64,000 bases of DNA, taken from positions 1-64,000 of the forward strand of contig JBIQJB010000007.1 in NCBI GenBank assembly GCA_044507735.1. The letters are read 5' to 3'. Both the position numbers and the translations under genes were made by a program. Positions within the stretch are counted from its first letter, which is position 1; each line of letters begins with the position of its first letter. Source of the DNA: Nitrosopumilales archaeon (GTDB lineage Archaea; Thermoproteota; Nitrososphaeria; Nitrososphaerales; Nitrososphaeraceae). The notes beneath the pieces are model-generated. The model made no database searches and was not told where the DNA came from. It was given only the letters and a program-made list of their open reading frames with translations. Below are positions 58,846 to 64,000 of the stretch, in pieces.

Positions 58846-59569
58846 AGGATACGGGCCTTGGACGGTCACCCTCGGTTACGACAGGGAAGCCCAGCTGCAG
58901 ATGCTCCAGGCAAGAATCTATCATGATGTGCAACGGCTATTTTCATCCAAGGACGGCATCGTGTTCTTTAACAGGTTTGATGAATACTTTGCGATAACAA
59001 ACGGCCTCGATGCTGACGACCACCGGGAAATCCAGCGCGAGCTAGCAAAGTCGTACAAGAACCTGGTGATGTCAATGGCGATCGGGTCTGGCGAGACTGC
59101 ATTTGAGGCAAACCTGAACGCATATCGCGCAAGAAAAGAAGACAAGATGCTGGACAGAGAGGCGAGAATATTTGGCAGCGTAAATGAATCAGCAGGCTTG
59201 GCCCAGATCATGCACGTTGACGTTGATAGCTCGACAAAAGTGGGCAACAGGCTTTCGCCGTATGAAGTGACTGCACTTGTAATGAAAATCTACAGCAGGC
59301 TTGCCGAAGAATTCCTGAAATACAATTCCCTTGCATTTTTTCTTGGCGGTGACAACGTCATGGTGATTTCAAACGGCATGACCAAAGAACAGGCTGACGA
59401 AGTAATAAAGAAAGTGACATCCGGCATAGAAATCAAGCTCAACTGCGGCATCGGGATCGGGAAAAACGGAAGAAGGGCCGCCGAGGCTGCTACAACAGCG
59501 CTTGACACGATCAGGGACCTGCGGAGAGAAGGAAAAATCCAGACAATATACGAGATACGATGTCCATAG
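58817..59569 (+). CDS. gch3: GTP cyclohydrolase III (IIa)
   Basis: YGPWTVTLG..REAQLQ.LQ, RFD, HVDVD and GGDN. Confidence 0.92.
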   Translation: MIQLTIIRIEGYGPWTVTLGYDREAQLQMLQARIYHDVQRLFSSKDGIVFFNRFDEYFAITNGLDADDHREIQRELAKSYKNLVMSMAIGSGETAFEANLNAYRARKEDKMLDREARIFGSVNESAGLAQIMHVDVDSSTKVGNRLSPYEVTALVMKIYSRLAEEFLKYNSLAFFLGGDNVMVISNGMTKEQADEVIKKVTSGIEIKLNCGIGIGKNGRRAAEAATTALDTIRDLRREGKIQTIYEIRCP

Positions 59570-60756
59570 CCATAACCAACGTCAGCCTGCTCTTGAACAA
59601 AGAGCTCGACTATGTCGAGACTGGCTATGTTGAGATTGATGAGTGTGGCAAGATAAAAAGCGCAGGTGAAGGGAGCTACGGGGGCTCCGGCAAGCAGCTC
59701 AGCGCAAAAGGGTTTCTCGTGATTCCGGGGCTCATCAATTCGCATACTCACATTGGAGATTCTATAGGAAAGGACATTGCAGCCGGCCACAAGCTCGACG
59801 CGCGGGTCCATCCCGTGTTTGGAGCAAAAAAGAAGATTCTGCAAAATAGCCCGCCAGAGCACCTAAAGGCATTCATAAGAAACTCTGCTATATCGATGAT
59901 GAAGAAAGGCATTGTAGCTTTTGCAGATTTTCGGGAAGATGGTCCAGAAGGCGTAAAGCTATTGAAAGAGGCGATAGCCGGCCTGCCTATAAAGTGCATA
60001 GCACTTGGCAGAACAAACCATCACAGCGATCCAAACGATGTGGCGGGCCTTCCTCCGGAAGCGTTAGAGCAAGCCCGGCAGGTACTGGAAATGGCAGATG
60101 GACTTGGGATCAGCGGTGCCAACGAAAACACCGACGAATCTCTTTCGCAATATAGGAAACTTGCAGGAGACAAGATAGTTGCCATACACGCTGCCGAATC
60201 AAGAGAAACTGTTGAATTTTCAAAAGCGCGCACTGGCAGAAGCGAAGTCGAAAGGATAATCGAGCGGCTAAAACCGGACTTTATTGTGCATATGACAAAT
60301 GCGTCAGAAGACGAAATCTCGCTTGTCGCGAAAAGCAGGGCAGGAATAGTAATCTGCCCCAGGGCAAACGGTGTGCTTGGCGCGGGCATTCCAAAGGTTG
60401 CCCAGATGCTCAGGCAAGGCTGCCTGGTGGCCATAGGAACGGACAATGTTATGTTGAATTCGCCAGATTTATTGAGAGACTTGGATTACATCTGGAAAGC
60501 GTCAAGGGCAGTCGAGGGTGAGATGGTACCGCCCCGTGAATTTCTGAAAATGGCGACTATCAACGGAGCGCAAATTCTCCGACTAAATTCTGGATGCATT
60601 GAAGCTGGCCGCTCAGCAGATCTGTTATTCATTGATAAGATGCATGCCGATCTCTATCCTGTGCACGATCCTTATGCAGCAATAGTTCACAGGCTGAGCC
60701 AGAGTTCCATCAGATCGGTCATGATAAACGGCAAGTTTGTAGAGGATGTAAATTGA
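59560..60756 (+). CDS. Metal-dependent amidohydrolase (cytosine/MTA deaminase superfamily)
   Basis: PGLINSHTHIGD, IHAAE, VHMT, CPRAN and GTDN. Confidence 0.9.
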   Translation: MSIAITNVSLLLNKELDYVETGYVEIDECGKIKSAGEGSYGGSGKQLSAKGFLVIPGLINSHTHIGDSIGKDIAAGHKLDARVHPVFGAKKKILQNSPPEHLKAFIRNSAISMMKKGIVAFADFREDGPEGVKLLKEAIAGLPIKCIALGRTNHHSDPNDVAGLPPEALEQARQVLEMADGLGISGANENTDESLSQYRKLAGDKIVAIHAAESRETVEFSKARTGRSEVERIIERLKPDFIVHMTNASEDEISLVAKSRAGIVICPRANGVLGAGIPKVAQMLRQGCLVAIGTDNVMLNSPDLLRDLDYIWKASRAVEGEMVPPREFLKMATINGAQILRLNSGCIEAGRSADLLFIDKMHADLYPVHDPYAAIVHRLSQSSIRSVMINGKFVEDVN

Positions 60757-61457
60757 AAGTAATGATCAATGGCGCAATGACAGTTGACGGCAAGATCGCA
60801 ACTGCAAGCGGAGATTCAAAAATTTCCTCAAAGGAAGACCTTATCAGGGTACACAAACTCCGGGCCTCGGTTGACGCAGTAATAGTGGGCATCTCAACCA
60901 TCTTGGCAGACGATCCTAGGCTTACTGTCAGGCACGTGAATGGAAAAAACCCTGCCCGAGTAATAGTTGACAGCAAGGCCAGAATCCCAATCGACTCGCA
61001 GATAATGCGCACTGCGCCGAAGATCAGGACAATTATAGCAGTAACTGACCAGGCTCCAGAAGAAAAGGTACACAAGCTAGAGGATATGGGCGCGGAGGTG
61101 CTGGTTATCCGAGAAGGGAAAAGAGGCGAGAGTGCTGCAGTACCTCATGGCGTGGATCTAAAAGAGCTCTTTCGCAGGCTGGACGAGATGGGAATGAAAA
61201 AGATCCTGGTCGAGGGTGGAGGGGAGCTCAACTGGTCCCTGTTGCATCTGGGGCTGGTAGACGAGCTCACGGTGACGGTAGCACCCAAGATCGCTGGCGG
61301 CAGGCTGGCAACCACGCTTGTAGAAGGCGATGGGGTGGATGAAATGTCGCAGGGAATCAAGTTGAAGTTAAAGCACGTTGAGCAAGACAAGAAAACGGGT
61401 GAGCTTGTATTGCACTACAGGCTGGTAGACGGGTTATCGAACAAGGAGCGACAATAA
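60753..61457 (+). CDS. ribD: 2,5-diamino-6-ribosylamino-4(3H)-pyrimidinone 5'-phosphate reductase (RibD C-terminal/Rib7-type)
   Basis: TVDGKIA, LRASVDAVIVG..T..ADDPRLTVR, LVEGGG and LVDEL; no deaminase domain. Confidence 0.9.
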   Translation: MKVMINGAMTVDGKIATASGDSKISSKEDLIRVHKLRASVDAVIVGISTILADDPRLTVRHVNGKNPARVIVDSKARIPIDSQIMRTAPKIRTIIAVTDQAPEEKVHKLEDMGAEVLVIREGKRGESAAVPHGVDLKELFRRLDEMGMKKILVEGGGELNWSLLHLGLVDELTVTVAPKIAGGRLATTLVEGDGVDEMSQGIKLKLKHVEQDKKTGELVLHYRLVDGLSNKERQ

Positions 61458-61902
61458 CTGAGGCATGCCATGATATGCATATTCCCGCGCTCCCGCGGAA
61501 AGCCATGTAACGCGTTGCAGAGCGTAAATAATGCGAGACCAAGATACAGGGTCATTTCATCATCTAACGTGGAAGTTCAATGCAATTAGCGCGGCAATGG
61601 ATCTGCAGTCTTGCTGAAATTTGATATTGCCAATTTTGTTGGAGCGAATCTCTCCTTCAGCGAAATCTCGCGATAGCCGGCGAACTCTCCCACCGATCTA
61701 ACTTATTAACTCCCATACCTTATCATTTCAGCTGGACAGAGCAACTCTTGGTCAATTGGAGCTACATCGTTGTTTGCAAACATTGTGGATATATTTCGGC
61801 AGAAAAGTTGCCTGAAAAGGAAGCTAAGGATCTGATGCATGCACATGAGAAGAGTAATACCGGGTGCACAATAGGCCATATACAGTTGATGAAAGTGAGG
61901 GC

Positions 61903-62115
61903 CTAGGCAACTCCTGCCTTCTTGTACAGCATCTTTACGCATTCAGAATATGTGCGGTACTTGAATTTGATCTCGTCTATCGGGACATCTTGCTTCAAGA
62001 GATCTTTGTTAGTATCAATCTTGTATTTCTTGCCAATGTCCTGCAAGATAGTATTTACAGTGGAGTTGCGATACGATTCATCTATTAATTCCGCCACAAT
62101 ATACAATTGTGTCAT
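61903..62115 (-). CDS. Hypothetical small protein or gene fragment
   Basis: 70-aa AT-rich ORF divergent from the ATPase. Confidence 0.4.
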   Translation of the reverse strand: MTQLYIVAELIDESYRNSTVNTILQDIGKKYKIDTNKDLLKQDVPIDEIKFKYRTYSECVKMLYKKAGVA

Positions 62116-62202
62116 GCTTGCATATCAAACTATGCTCCATTACATGCGCAGGCAGCATGGCAACCTTATGTCCTTTGTCGGAATTCCATAGCACTTTTTA
62201 AG

Positions 62203-64000
62203 ATGTCAATTATATTGGAATCATCCTTGGACGGCCCTGGAAAATTCAACATAGGAAAAACCATGGACGGCATGAAATTTGAGCTTGACCGGGCATCGCT
62301 TACAAAGCATGCAATAGTTCTGGGCGCAACTGGCTCCGGCAAGACTGTGCTTTCAAAAGTTATTGTAGAAGAAGCTGCCCTGCAGGGCATCCCGACATTT
62401 GCCATCGATCCAAAAGGAGACATTGGCAACCTTGCATTCAAGTCTGCCACGTTTGACTTCTCAAAATGGTGCGGAAAAGAGGCTGATGCTCTGAAAATCG
62501 ACAGGGCGCAATATGCCGCCCACCTTCAAGAGACTTACCAAGAAAAGGCACGCGAATTCAGCATGGAATCAACTTCCGTTGCCAAGAACTTTGAAAAGGT
62601 TACAGTCAGGATATTTACTCCAAAGTCATCAGCCGGACTTGCGGTTGGGATATCGCCTGATCTCTCTGCCCCAAAAGACTTTGACAAGCTGCTCAGCAAT
62701 GACATTTCGTCTGCAGCCGATCTCCTCGACCTCACTTCGTTTAACTTGCTAAGGCTGGCCGGGTATGGCGAAGGCGACAGAAAGCAGGTAACCTTTGTTT
62801 CTGCAATCCTGGAGAACGCATGGAAAAATGGCGAAAACCTCAAGATAAGGGACCTTATCAAAAATATCGAGAACCCCTCGTTCAGCTACATCGGATCGCT
62901 GCCGGTCTCAAAAGTGGTGTCCGAAAAGGAAAGAAAGGACCTTGCAACGAGGATTAACCTGCTAATATCGGATCCAAAGCTCCGTTCCTGGTCGTCCGCA
63001 GAATCTATCAATTTTTCAGAACTGTTCAGCAGTCCCTCAATCAACATACTTGACCTCCGAAACATCCAGTCAGAGCAGGAAAAACACCTGTTTGTCGAGC
63101 TGATACTTCAGCGGCTGTTTCAGTGGCTCATCAAGCAGGGCAGTGCTCAGACTCTGCGTTACCTGCTGTATTTCGATGAAATCGCCGGCTACTGCCCGCC
63201 TGTAAGGGAACCTGCGTCCAAGAAGCTGCTTCTGCTCCTGATTAAACAGGCAAGGGCCTTTGGTCTTGGGATGATACTTGCAAGCCAGAATGCAGTAGAT
63301 CTCGACTACAAAGTGATCTCCAACGCTAATGTCCGCTTCATAGGAAGGCTGGGCGCGCAGCGCGATATCCAACGCGTAAGCGTTGGGCTGGAGCTTGATT
63401 CTGACGCAGAAAGAGAAATTGCAAGACTGCGTCCAGGTGAATTCTTTTGCAACACGTTTGACCCCAAATTCAGATCGGTCATTAGATCCAGGTGGACCTT
63501 GACGTATCACAGGGGGCCACTTGAAGACAACGAGATTGCCGAACTCATGGCAGAATTCAAGAAGAAGAGCGAGGCGATCGTCAGCCAAGAGCAAGAAGAG
63601 GGGGAGGACGGGCCTGAAATCAAAGAAGAGGCAATTGAAGAAGATCTAGAAGAGCCAACCAAATTCCTGCCTGTCGTGGCACCCGAGAGCGAGATAGTGG
63701 CAGCGAGCGATGACGAGACGTTCTTCTTGTTAGAAAGGAAATTTGAGCCAAAGAACCTTCCTGCCTTTATCAAGCTTGGAAGTAATCTCAAGTCAGTCAA
63801 AGTACTGTCTGTAGAACCTGAAGAAAGGTTCTCTCCTGTCTTTGAACTGAGTGTTTCAGTTTTTGAAAAGGGCTACGTCAAGCAGACGCTCGACAAGATT
63901 GTCGAGCTTGCAGCATTTAACGACGGACTTGTTGAGCTGCCAGAGGAGCATTCCATAACATCGCACCGAATTGTTCCTGCAGAAGACCGCGGCAAAGCTG
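62203..64000 (+). CDS. HerA/FtsK-superfamily ATPase (DUF87/DUF853-like), truncated by the window end
   Basis: Open frame from ATG 62203 to the edge (absent from the ORF track because it has no stop); HAIVLGATGSGKT, IDPKGD, LLYFDE and KQARAFGLGMILASQN. Confidence 0.9.
   Translation, partial: MSIILESSLDGPGKFNIGKTMDGMKFELDRASLTKHAIVLGATGSGKTVLSKVIVEEAALQGIPTFAIDPKGDIGNLAFKSATFDFSKWCGKEADALKIDRAQYAAHLQETYQEKAREFSMESTSVAKNFEKVTVRIFTPKSSAGLAVGISPDLSAPKDFDKLLSNDISSAADLLDLTSFNLLRLAGYGEGDRKQVTFVSAILENAWKNGENLKIRDLIKNIENPSFSYIGSLPVSKVVSEKERKDLATRINLLISDPKLRSWSSAESINFSELFSSPSINILDLRNIQSEQEKHLFVELILQRLFQWLIKQGSAQTLRYLLYFDEIAGYCPPVREPASKKLLLLLIKQARAFGLGMILASQNAVDLDYKVISNANVRFIGRLGAQRDIQRVSVGLELDSDAEREIARLRPGEFFCNTFDPKFRSVIRSRWTLTYHRGPLEDNEIAELMAEFKKKSEAIVSQEQEEGEDGPEIKEEAIEEDLEEPTKFLPVVAPESEIVAASDDETFFLLERKFEPKNLPAFIKLGSNLKSVKVLSVEPEERFSPVFELSVSVFEKGYVKQTLDKIVELAAFNDGLVELPEEHSITSHRIVPAEDRGKA

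Overview
Window from an ammonia-oxidising archaeon, most likely Nitrososphaeraceae/Thaumarchaeota. This is inferred from aIF6, TiaS, Gch3, a MoaD-MoeB fusion, an intron-containing initiator tRNA, many leaderless TTG-start genes and Nitrososphaera-type secreted proteins. The housekeeping backbone carries thrC, hisI, crcB with a fluoride riboswitch, tRNA-iMet, tiaS, ferredoxin, cbiE, CBS-TrkH, aIF6, ilvE, lysC, an M32 peptidase, a COG1361 plus ABC exporter cluster, glyA, an HDAC-family gene and the riboflavin genes. It is interrupted by two AT-rich islands. Island 1 (~50-3990) has a decayed SWIM/IS6-like transposase and RHH gene. It also has a translationally coupled three-gene operon: Zn-ribbon/BECR-like protein, Panacea(SocA)-like protein with an inserted domain, and a TGT-fold protein lacking the catalytic and zinc residues and apparently starting at CTG. 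This is a candidate undescribed toxin-antitoxin or defence module. Island 2 (48751-57620) sits inside the last codons of the riboflavin synthase gene and is bounded by an 8-bp direct repeat (CCAATAAA). It carries an IS remnant, an SPFH gene bracketed by tRNA-3'-like and ~190-bp repeats, and two DUF4157 (eCIS-type) polymorphic effectors. One effector has a peptidoglycan-binding-like domain plus an HExxH metallopeptidase and a downstream candidate inhibitor/immunity gene. Other oddities are a DCD(PUA-like)-methyltransferase fusion, a DnaJ-zincin fusion and several unannotated small Cys-rich ORFs. All family assignments come from motif recognition by eye; no database searches were run.
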